From positions 1-35,577 of the IMG/VR virus record IMGVR_UViG_3300026546_000011: DNA of 35,577 bases; one strand, given 5' to 3'. Shown piece after piece: positions 10,402-19,700 of this stretch (positions are counted from its first letter, which is position 1; each line of letters opens with the position of its first letter). This DNA comes from a virus (lineage: Duplodnaviria; Caudoviricetes). A model generated the notes under the pieces. The model made no database searches. It worked only from the letters and a program-made list of their open reading frames with translations, and was not told the DNA's origin. A program made the position numbers and the translations under genes.

Positions 10402-11292
10402 TTATATTGTTTTATTTTCCATTATTTTACCTATAAATTTAAAAACCTCATAATCATTATGAATTATCCTTTTTTTAAATTTATCTATTTTATAACCTAT
10501 TACTTCCCCATATTTTTCTTTATAAAAAACATTATCAATATTTATCAATTCTTTAATAATTTCATTATCATTATCAAATTCATTTGTTTTAAATTTAAGA
10601 GGTATAAAAAATTCTAATTGAATAACATCCATTCCTATTTTTTTTATAAAAAGGGTTTCAGTTAATATTTCTATTTTATTTATAACATGATTATCTCTTT
10701 TTACATATAAAGGGAATTTAAATTTATTACCCTTTTTAACAATAGTAGTCATATCTTTATCATTCTCATCAACACCGTACAATAAATCACTTAAACCAAC
10801 TTCAATTGGTTTATTAGAGTGAACATTAATAACCTCATAATCATCTTTAGTGGCACGTGTAATGGTTTCTTTTTCAATAACCTCTTTTAATGTTTTATTT
10901 TTATATTTATGTTTTTTATCGAAAAAACCATGATGATCTGTAATTTCACCTGTTATAGGATCTTTACGACCAATATTCATTGAAAATTTATCAGCAGCAA
11001 CCGCTTGTTCAAAAGGTGTTTTCTTTAACATAAACTCATCTGCTTTACGTAATATTTCATAAAACTCCTGTACATATACTTCGTCTCTTTCACCACTTAA
11101 AAATTTATTTAAAATACTCCCCTTTTTTTCTTTTATCATTGAAACTATTGTTTCACCCTTTATATTTAAAGTATCTTTTTCAACATAATACATTGCTAAT
11201 GAAAGATATAACATAAAAGCATATAATTTCATGTATAACCAAACTAATATTTTTTTTATTGGAAATAAAAAATATTTACTCTTTTTTTTCAT
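10402..11292 (-). CDS. Hypothetical protein with an N-terminal membrane anchor
   Basis: Basic N-terminus followed by hydrophobic ILVWLYMKLYAFMLYLSLAMYYV; overlaps the glycosyltransferase stop. Confidence 0.6.
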   Translation of the reverse strand: MKKKSKYFLFPIKKILVWLYMKLYAFMLYLSLAMYYVEKDTLNIKGETIVSMIKEKKGSILNKFLSGERDEVYVQEFYEILRKADEFMLKKTPFEQAVAADKFSMNIGRKDPITGEITDHHGFFDKKHKYKNKTLKEVIEKETITRATKDDYEVINVHSNKPIEVGLSDLLYGVDENDKDMTTIVKKGNKFKFPLYVKRDNHVINKIEILTETLFIKKIGMDVIQLEFFIPLKFKTNEFDNDNEIIKELINIDNVFYKEKYGEVIGYKIDKFKKRIIHNDYEVFKFIGKIMENKTI

Positions 11293-12706
11293 TTACAACA
11301 ACATATTTTTCACTAAATTTTTGAGGATTATTTTTTATACTTTCTAAATGAATATATTCATAAAAATCAGCACGTTTTTTTGTAACTGTTGATAAGTTAT
11401 ACTTATCTTTAAAATCTTCATATAACTGTTCACCCAATTTTTTTCTTAAATCAGCATCTAAAATTAAACGTTTTAAATATTTTAACCAATATTTATATTT
11501 ATTAGGTTTATTAGGTATTAAAATACAATTTTCCATATGTTTACCATCAACATTATAAGGTGGTATATCATTACAAACAATCGGTAATTTTCGAGTCCAA
11601 CACTCAACTTGTTTTAAATTACTTTTCATATGATTAAAATCATTATCATCTAAAGGTGCTATTACAATATCAGCCTCATTTAAAACATTAGCATATATAT
11701 TTGCTTTTTTTGTCCAACGTCTACCAAAATTACCTTCATCACCAGGATAAACACCCCTTTCAAAATTCATTAACCATTCTTTATAATCATCATTTTCAAT
11801 TATTCTATGATTATCAGTTAAAATTTTCTCATATTTTAAATAAACAGATTCTTCCGATTTTAAATCCCTTTTATTTTCTAAAAATACTTTACCCCTATAT
11901 TTATTTACTAAATCTTCTGGCACATTAGAAATTTTATTAATATCACCCTTACTATTATTAATTTCATTTATAATTTTTTTATTCCACAAACCACGTAATT
12001 GTAATTCTTTACCAAACTCGTCATTAAATTTTATTTCAGTTGTTGATCCAGCAGTATCCCAACCAGCTAAAATAATTTTAAATTTATCTTTTAAATCTGG
12101 ATTAGCATATAACGCATTAACAACACCCTCTAATTGTTGTATATCCCCCCAATGCGATGATCCTGCTGCATAAACAATTCGCACTTTACCATTAGGATCT
12201 GGTTTCCATTTATTTTGAAATTGTAGCATCCATTCTGGATTTATAGAATTATATAAAACCATAACATTATCCTTACCAGTAATTTCTCGAATTTTTTCAG
12301 CAAATAATTCGGTTGTTGTTGTCACATAATCAGCAAGTTTCAAATTTTCGATAATTGAAACATGTAAATTTTTACCCTTAGATAGTGTATAAAAAGGGTG
12401 ATTCTTAGATAAATGCCAATAATCGTCAATATCAACAATTAATGTAACCCCCGCTTTTTTCAATTCTTTCACCAATTCTTTCATATGAGTTATATTACCC
12501 AAAATTTGGCGATGATAATGTATTATATCAAAACTTTTTAAATAATCTAAAGTTGTGGGATCTTTAAAATCTAATTGTGGATTAATTTCCACGAAAAATT
12601 TATCTGAGTATTTTTGTTCTAATTCAATTGCAGGTGTTAAAGTTCTAAAATAATTAACCCCAGCACCATCTAAGTTAAAAAATAAAATTCGTATTTTATT
12701 ATCCAT
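11276..12706 (-). CDS. GT-B fold glycosyltransferase (GT4-like)
   Basis: GAGVNYFR, VDIDDYW, ADYVTTTT, ADIVIAPL-x-x-NDFNHMKSNLKQVE and the C-terminal LRKKLGEQLYE helix match phage GT-B enzymes. Confidence 0.85.
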   Translation of the reverse strand: MDNKIRILFFNLDGAGVNYFRTLTPAIELEQKYSDKFFVEINPQLDFKDPTTLDYLKSFDIIHYHRQILGNITHMKELVKELKKAGVTLIVDIDDYWHLSKNHPFYTLSKGKNLHVSIIENLKLADYVTTTTELFAEKIREITGKDNVMVLYNSINPEWMLQFQNKWKPDPNGKVRIVYAAGSSHWGDIQQLEGVVNALYANPDLKDKFKIILAGWDTAGSTTEIKFNDEFGKELQLRGLWNKKIINEINNSKGDINKISNVPEDLVNKYRGKVFLENKRDLKSEESVYLKYEKILTDNHRIIENDDYKEWLMNFERGVYPGDEGNFGRRWTKKANIYANVLNEADIVIAPLDDNDFNHMKSNLKQVECWTRKLPIVCNDIPPYNVDGKHMENCILIPNKPNKYKYWLKYLKRLILDADLRKKLGEQLYEDFKDKYNLSTVTKKRADFYEYIHLESIKNNPQKFSEKYVVVNEKKE

Positions 12707-12742
12707 TTAATATTCATATATTATATATAAAGTTATTTATAA

Positions 12743-12774
12743 CAAATATAATACATATAAAAATAAAAAACAAA
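12743..12774 (-). promoter_or_regulatory. Bacteroidota primary-sigma type promoter (TTTG-N20-TATATTTG)
   Basis: -7 element TATATTTG at 12750-12743 and -33 TTTG at 12774-12771 with a 20-nt spacer; upstream of the glycosyltransferase. Confidence 0.7.
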
Positions 12775-12798
12775 AAAAAACCACAAAAAGTGTGGTTT
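12772..12798 (-). terminator. Intrinsic terminator ending the late payload operon
   Basis: Stem AAACCACA/TGTGGTTT (12778-12785/12791-12798) with a long U-tract on the minus strand, at the stop of the 116-aa gene. Confidence 0.6.
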
Positions 12799-13147
12799 AT
12801 TTTTCAATTTTATTTATTGTACGCTTTTTTTTCTTTGTAATTTTTGCAGGTAAGGTTGGTTTTATTTTTTTTTCTGTTTTTTCACTTACATTTTTCTTTA
12901 TTTTTTTATTTAATAGTTTATCAATTTTCTTATCGTTAACTTCTTCTACTATAATTAAACCCTTTAATCGTAACAAATGTATTGACACTGGTAATGATAA
13001 AACTTTTAAATAAAATTCGTTATCTGGTTTTAACTTAATAGTTTTTTTTGTCATACCATTAATATAATCAATATTTAATGTTGAATTATAATTTATATCT
13101 CGTTTATTAAAATTATTCGTAATATTTTTAATTTTATATGTTTTCAT
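12797..13147 (-). CDS. Small basic protein with a Lys-rich tail
   Basis: 116 aa; the K-rich C-terminus could bind DNA. Confidence 0.6.
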   Translation of the reverse strand: MKTYKIKNITNNFNKRDINYNSTLNIDYINGMTKKTIKLKPDNEFYLKVLSLPVSIHLLRLKGLIIVEEVNDKKIDKLLNKKIKKNVSEKTEKKIKPTLPAKITKKKKRTINKIEK

Positions 13148-13152
13148 AATTT

Positions 13153-13968
13153 TTATTTTAAACCTTGTACCATTACATCACCATATTTAATACCATCATA
13201 ACCTAATCGTTTTGCTCTTTCAGCAATGGCTTTATTTTTTAAATTTATAATTGGTGTATTATTATGTTCTTTACTTAATTTTTGAAAATCGACATTGGGA
13301 AACCATACTCTTATTAAACTATCTATAGGATTCTCGCCATTAGAAATTACTATACCCAAATCATTTGTATTTAATAAATTGTCAAATTCAATTTCATATC
13401 TATCATACCCTTTAGTAGAATCTAAAATAAAAAAATTACCTATAACAGATCCCTTTTTTATAGGTTCTTTTCGATATGCTATAATTTTAATTTTGTTTTT
13501 ATCTTTTGGTTTCATTTCCTCTAAAGTAGTAATAAATTGATTATCATTATCACTATCAATATTATTTACGCTATTTATAGGATCTTGACCCACAACTTCT
13601 TCCATTTTTTGTTGTTGTTCATATTCATATATATCTTGAATTTTATTTAACATACGTGCTGTATCTTTAGCATTTAAATTTACTTTATATGCTAAAACAG
13701 GTTTATTAGTTATCATTGATTTAACCCATCTATGATGTCCGTCTACAACACTATTATCATTTGAAATCCAAATTGGTTTTATATTATTATCATCATCAAA
13801 CTTACCCAATGTATCTGAAAAAACAATACCTTGCATTGGTTTTAATTTATTGGGCTTTACTTCAACTTGAGTACATGAAACACCATTATCTTTTAATTGA
13901 TTAAAAACATAATCACCAGGTGCAGACACTTGTGGTAAATATAATGGTTTATACTGCATTGTTATCAT
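13153..13968 (-). CDS. ParB/Srx-like domain protein with a second C-terminal domain
   Basis: LKPMQ...PIWISNDNSVVDGHHRW is the ParB/Srx signature; the C-terminal domain ends AKRLGYDGIKY. Confidence 0.75.
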   Translation of the reverse strand: MITMQYKPLYLPQVSAPGDYVFNQLKDNGVSCTQVEVKPNKLKPMQGIVFSDTLGKFDDDNNIKPIWISNDNSVVDGHHRWVKSMITNKPVLAYKVNLNAKDTARMLNKIQDIYEYEQQQKMEEVVGQDPINSVNNIDSDNDNQFITTLEEMKPKDKNKIKIIAYRKEPIKKGSVIGNFFILDSTKGYDRYEIEFDNLLNTNDLGIVISNGENPIDSLIRVWFPNVDFQKLSKEHNNTPIINLKNKAIAERAKRLGYDGIKYGDVMVQGLK

Positions 13969-13982
13969 AGAAAAAATCTTTA

Positions 13983-14570
13983 TTATAAATACTCATTTAA
14001 AAATTTTATAATCACCTCACTAATTAATTGATTTATTTTATTATGACCAAACTCATCTACCAAAAAAAATTCACCATTTTTTACATAATATATTTTATAA
14101 TCTATATTATCTGGTAATTCATTACGTATTGATGTATATTCCTCTAATTTATCTAATTTATCTTGCATATCATCATATACATCAATTTCTTCAATATCTG
14201 GAAATTTTTCCATATAATGCATAATAACATCACCTTTATTTAAATCACCAGTATAATTCATAATTAGTTTATTATAAGGGATATTTTTTGATTTAAGAAT
14301 AGATTCTACTTGTGGTCGTAATTGTTCTAATCGTGCTGTTAATATTAAAACATATGTATCTTTATCAACATAATCATCTCTAATTTTTGCAACCACAATA
14401 GGGAATGGATCAAAATTAAATACATTTAAATCTAAACTTTCTGGTTTACTCCACCAACCTTTTGTGGGATATTGTTTATTATAATATTTTACCCATTCTG
14501 ATTTACCAGGATTAGGTGTAGGACTTTTCACTAAAGTACCGTCAAAATCATATACCGCTAATTTTTTCAT
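13983..14570 (-). CDS. HAD-family phosphatase (Swiss-army-knife RNA-repair type)
   Basis: Motif I YDFDGTL, GWWSKPESL, motif II LTAR, motif III Lys (NKG), motif IV YDD. Confidence 0.85.
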   Translation of the reverse strand: MKKLAVYDFDGTLVKSPTPNPGKSEWVKYYNKQYPTKGWWSKPESLDLNVFNFDPFPIVVAKIRDDYVDKDTYVLILTARLEQLRPQVESILKSKNIPYNKLIMNYTGDLNKGDVIMHYMEKFPDIEEIDVYDDMQDKLDKLEEYTSIRNELPDNIDYKIYYVKNGEFFLVDEFGHNKINQLISEVIIKFLNEYL

Positions 14571-14583
14571 TTATAATCACTAA

Positions 14584-14591
14584 CAAAATTA
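14584..14591 (-). promoter_or_regulatory. Possible Bacteroidota -7 element TAATTTTG
   Basis: Matches TAnnTTTG in the gap upstream of the HAD gene; no correctly spaced -33 element. Confidence 0.35.
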
Positions 14592-14608
14592 AATTATTTT
14601 TATTCTTT

Positions 14609-15058
14609 TTATATATCAAGAATTTTTATATTTTCATTTATATTAAAAGGTACTTCTTCTATTTTACCAGAAAAATATACTCGTGTTTCTATAGGATACC
14701 ATTTTTCAATATCATTTGACATTCGAGGTTTACCACCATTTGGGTTTACCGCTAAAGTAATGTGTGGTATATTATTACTAGTTTCTATATTAGGATATAT
14801 AATTTCCACACCAGCAGCAATAGCCATATCACTTTTACCCAAACTTATAATTCTAAATCGTGCAGTTGTATTTAAATATGGCTCTATTTCAGGTTTTGCA
14901 GCACCCAAATTTAAAGTTATGTGATGTGTATAAATTTTCCAATTATCTGGTATAAAATCACCTAGAAAATTTAATAATTTCCTTTTACTTCTTTCATCTA
15001 AAATTATAGCTGTATATGATATAGTTACCTTTTTTCCTTTATCAACTATTCCATTCAT
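14609..15058 (-). CDS. 2H phosphoesterase / 2',3'-cyclic phosphodiesterase (tRNA-ligase CPD-like)
   Basis: Two HxT motifs (HHITL and PHITLAV), followed by KPRMSNDIEKW. Confidence 0.85.
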   Translation of the reverse strand: MNGIVDKGKKVTISYTAIILDERSKRKLLNFLGDFIPDNWKIYTHHITLNLGAAKPEIEPYLNTTARFRIISLGKSDMAIAAGVEIIYPNIETSNNIPHITLAVNPNGGKPRMSNDIEKWYPIETRVYFSGKIEEVPFNINENIKILDI

Positions 15059-15063
15059 TTTTT

Positions 15064-16587
15064 TTATAATATTTTTTTACTATTATTTAATATTTTATAG
15101 AAATTTTCAACTAATTTAGTTTGTTGTTCACTATCTTTTTTTGCTTGCTGATATTGATTTTCAACCCCTAAAAATTTAGCCATTTCATCGGGGGTTATAT
15201 ATTTTGCAGGATGTATATTTACATTTTCTTCTTCACTTAAAGGTGTGTTATTATCATTATTTTGTTTTTTTAAATAATCATTAATATGTTTAATCATCAA
15301 ATTAACCACATTAGTTACTGTATCAAATACTTTTAACATAGATTCTTTATCACCACCCCATAATAAAGCATAATTTATTGATGTTGTTTTTAAATCGAAA
15401 CCATATGAAGCCATTACCATCCAAGCGGCAATTTCTGCTTGTTGTTCAACAACACCTCTACTATCTTTACCAATAAAAAATTGCTCAAAATCAGGATCTT
15501 TACTTTTTACGTATGTTTGGTGTAACAATTCATGTGCAATTTCGTGTGCTAAGGTTTTTGTTAAACCCACATCATTACCCTCATTTTTTAAAACTTCAAT
15601 ACTACCGCTTTTACTAACACCCTTAGCACCCCCTAAATCATCACTCATATCAATTTTTATATCTTTTGAATGTGCAAAATCAATTAAAGCATTATAAATA
15701 GGTCTTACTTTTTCATCAATTAAATCATCTTCAGCCCATTTCACATCTTCTTTCTTTTTAAATTCCTCATAATAATCCTTTTTACCTTCTATTTGAGTTG
15801 TAAATCTAACATCATATGTGGGATACCATTCAAAAGAATTTTTAAATATAAGACCTAATTCAATATTTAATTTATGTTTTAAACCAGGCTTATCTTTTAA
15901 AGTATCTTGAGGATTTAAATTATGTTTTTTATAAAAATCTTTTTTTATTTTCTCACGTTCTGTTTTAGATAATTTACTTCTCATATGCTTTGGTTTTACC
16001 AACCATATTATAGGGGCTTCTTTATTAACAACCCTATTAAACATTTTCCATACTGAACGTGATTTAACCCAAGTGGCTTTTCTATCTTGTAATAAGATAA
16101 GCATTGAATTATACAAACTATAACCATGATCTTTAATACTTCTAAAACTTTGAACTATTTTCATAGTTTTTTTAAATTCCTCATCATTATCTATATTAAC
16201 AATTTCGTTTCTTAAATCTTCTAAACTTTTTCTAATTTTAATTTCATCTTCTTTAGGTAAAACATTACTTTGAATATTTTCTAAACTATTTATTAATTCT
16301 TCAGCAGCATCTAAGTATTCATCCACTTCATCAGTTGGTTTTTTTTCTATTTTTAAAATTTCTCGTAAAGCAGGTTTTATATTATTTTCTTTAATATCTT
16401 CATAATTTTCATCATTATAAAACCAAAACCACACTTTTTTTAAATTATTCCATTTAGCACCATATTTTTTTAAAATACTAGTATGTGGATATATTTTTAT
16501 TTCACTTTCATTGGGATCAATATAAACTATTTTATATTTTTTACCTTGTTTACTTGTTTCAACAGATCTTTTTAATTTAAATTCCAT
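15064..16587 (-). CDS. ArdC-like ssDNA-binding domain fused to a zincin-like metallopeptidase (polyvalent-protein type)
   Basis: YSLYNSMLILLQ-x-x-x-ATWVKS-x-x-x-WKMFNRVVNK (ArdC-N), YDVRFT, LAHEIAHELLH (HExxH) and EQQAE. The N-terminus also carries LKKYGAKWN-x-x-x-K-x-W. Confidence 0.85.
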   Translation of the reverse strand: MEFKLKRSVETSKQGKKYKIVYIDPNESEIKIYPHTSILKKYGAKWNNLKKVWFWFYNDENYEDIKENNIKPALREILKIEKKPTDEVDEYLDAAEELINSLENIQSNVLPKEDEIKIRKSLEDLRNEIVNIDNDEEFKKTMKIVQSFRSIKDHGYSLYNSMLILLQDRKATWVKSRSVWKMFNRVVNKEAPIIWLVKPKHMRSKLSKTEREKIKKDFYKKHNLNPQDTLKDKPGLKHKLNIELGLIFKNSFEWYPTYDVRFTTQIEGKKDYYEEFKKKEDVKWAEDDLIDEKVRPIYNALIDFAHSKDIKIDMSDDLGGAKGVSKSGSIEVLKNEGNDVGLTKTLAHEIAHELLHQTYVKSKDPDFEQFFIGKDSRGVVEQQAEIAAWMVMASYGFDLKTTSINYALLWGGDKESMLKVFDTVTNVVNLMIKHINDYLKKQNNDNNTPLSEEENVNIHPAKYITPDEMAKFLGVENQYQQAKKDSEQQTKLVENFYKILNNSKKIL

Positions 16588-16599
16588 TTTTTTATAATA

Positions 16600-16749
16600 T
16601 TAATCAATAACATTATTTTTCTCATCTTCAATTGACAGTAAACTATTATTAATAATTTCCTCAATTAAAGCATCATTATATTCTTTTTCAACACCTAAAA
16701 AAATTGCTAAATCTTTTGGCGTTATTTCTTTTGTTTCTTTTATTTCCAT
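16600..16749 (-). CDS. Unannotated 49-aa ORF similar to the C-terminal motif of the ArdC protein
   Basis: Translated by hand: MEIKETKEITPKDLAIFLGVEKEYNDALIEEIINNSLLSIEDEKNNVID*. It fills the gap between two genes. ITPKDLAIFLGVEKEY resembles ITPDEMAKFLGVENQY. Confidence 0.75.
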   Translation of the reverse strand: MEIKETKEITPKDLAIFLGVEKEYNDALIEEIINNSLLSIEDEKNNVID

Positions 16750-16766
16750 TTTTTTATTTTAGATTA

Positions 16767-19700
16767 TTAACCTGTACTTGCTATAAAATCAATACTTTTT
16801 TGTGGTATTTTTTCAGGACTATCATATCTTTTACTTGCTGCTCTATGAGTATAAACATAAAACCCATTTTTATCAGCACCTAATGAAACACCATGAAATC
16901 TTTTACCTTTTACTTTAGGTATTTTTAAACCATGAACTCTACCACCTTCAATATATTTTGAACCACCCCCTAAATATTTAAATATATTTTCTTTCATCTC
17001 TTTAGATATATTTTTTGATTTTAAAAGAGATTCTTTTGTTTTTATATATTTAGTTTTTTTTCTTTTTTTAGTTTCATTTAAATTAAGTGGTATTATTTTT
17101 TTTATAAATACTAAAATATCATCATAATTATTATTTATTTTATCATAATATATATTTATTAATATTTTTTTCAAAATATTGCCAGTTTCTCGTTTATTTG
17201 GTAATAATTTGCTAACTTCACCACCATTTATATTTAATTCTCTCACCGTTTTAGGATATTTACCCGATAATAAATCAATTGATGATTTTTCTAATTCCTC
17301 TGGTAATATTTTACTTTCTAATGTTCGGGGCGATTTTAAATACATATTATGAGATAATACTCTATAATAACCAGGATTTTCATTTTTTTTGTAATTATCA
17401 AACCCTAATATGAAGGCTTCAATATCAGCAACTGATTTATTATCTAATCTTAAATTTTTTTTATAAAAATCTAAAGGTTTGTGATTATGTTTTGTTAATA
17501 AAAATACAAATTCAGATATTGTATTTACATTATTAAATTCACCAGGATTTAATTGATCTATATATAAATCACTATCAAAAATTTCTTTATATAAATTAGT
17601 TTCAATTAATATTTTAGCACCTAAATAGGGATTACCCTTTTTTACTATTTTTTCAAATTCAGTAATTATTCTATCACCAGGTATTTCTTTAATTTTATAA
17701 GCATTTTTCTGTATTAATCTCATTGTTTTTGGTTCAATGATAAAACCAAATCTAGATGCAAATTGAACTGCTCTTAACATCCGTAAAGGATCATCTGCAA
17801 ATGCTTTAGGATCAACAACTCTAATAATTTTATTTTTTAAATCTTCAATACCATTAAAAGGATCAATATATTTACCATTAATATCTTTAGCAATAGCATT
17901 AATAGTAAAATCACGTCTTTTTAAATCATCTTCAATAGGTAATGTATGGTCACTCGTAATTTCAAAACCCTTATGACCACCTTCACCCGTAGGTTTTTCA
18001 GTTCTAGGTATTGCTATATCAATATCTTCAGTAGCTCCTTTAGGTATAAATTTAATAATACCAAATTGTTTACCAACATTATTTACTTTACCGTATTTAC
18101 TTAAAATTTTACTTAATTCTTCTAAAGGTATACCAGTTATTAAAATATCTAAATCTTTAGATTCTTTACCTAAAAATTCATCTCTAACTATACCACCTAC
18201 TGAATATATTTTACCACCATTTTTCTCAATATCATCTTTAAAAGGTAAATCTTCTAATTTATATTCAACACTTTCATCTATAATATTATTTTCATTATAA
18301 ATAACTTTACCAAAATTATCAACATCATGATAACTATAAATATTTTTTGTCGAAAATTTAATTTTGGGATTTTTAATTTGTGCTTTAGCAAAAATTACTT
18401 TTATTTCATTTAAAAAGTTTTTAAAATAAATCACCAAATCATCAATATTTTTAAAATTTTTTTGAATTTTCAGTTTTTTAAAAATATGATTCATCATCTC
18501 AATATACGGATAATCTAAATCCTTTCTTATATTATTATAATCAATATTAGAAGCACCCAAAACAAACTCATTACTATCTTTTAATCTAATAACGCTAATA
18601 CCACCAATTATTGTTGGTATTATCCATTCAAAATTATAATAAATATCATCATTCAGTGTCGGTATAATATGTTTATCCTTTAAAAAATTATATAAGTCAA
18701 AATGAGTTAATTTAGCCTCACTTTCCACATATAAATCACCATTTAATGTTACAATACCACGTATAAAAGAATCTAAATCTTTTAAATTTTTCGGGTTTTT
18801 TATTATCTTAACACCATTACTTTCACCAACTATTTCATTATTTTGAATAGCCAATTCTTTATTTAAATCAGCATCTGGATCTGTAAATTGATGAGGATAT
18901 TTATTTACTAAATATTTATCACCAACCCCTTCTGCTGTATAATTTCTTTTTTTCAAATCAATAACATCATATTTAAAAACACCACGATATTTACTATAAT
19001 CAATTATATTTTCAGATGAAAATTTTAATTGCGGATTTTTATTTCGTGCTTTATTAATAAAACTATCAATCTGTTTTTCACATATTTTTTTAAATTCTTT
19101 TATTTCAGTATCATTTGGAATATCATTTTTATTGAAAATACTAATTTTATTATCAGGGTTTTTTTCCATTTTTAGAAAACTATATGTTGAACATACCATA
19201 CCCTCACCAGTCATAAATATATTTAAATTACCTGGTCTTTGAATTGTTAAATATCCGATTTTTTCAGGTAGATATATAATATATCCTAAATATAATGATG
19301 ATTTATTTGTTATAATATTATTATCATATAAAAAACTAATAATATCTGCGTGTATAACATTATAACTATAATTCTTCAAAACATATACATCACCATTATC
19401 AAGTATAACACCCCTAACATCACGATCTAACATTGAAAAAGATGTTGGGTTTTTTATTAATTCATCACCATTTTCCATTTTAAAAATTTCAACATCGCCC
19501 CTTTCCACAGCCTTTGTTAATTGAAAATCACGTTCAAATTCATCATCAGGATCTGTGAATTGATAAGGGTGTTTTTTTGCTAAAAATTTATCAGCAACCC
19601 CTTCTTCAATATCGTCAATTTTATCTAAAATACTATCCTCACTATAAACCTTAACACATTCTAATTTAAAATCAATATTAGAATTTTTAGTTTTACTTAA

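Noticed and set aside
17100-18260. Poly(A) polymerase (PcnB) assignment
   Set aside because: VGKQFGII departs from the PAP G-(R/K)-(R/K)-F signature, and the R-x-E flexible loop typical of CCA enzymes is present. CCA addition is favoured but not proven.
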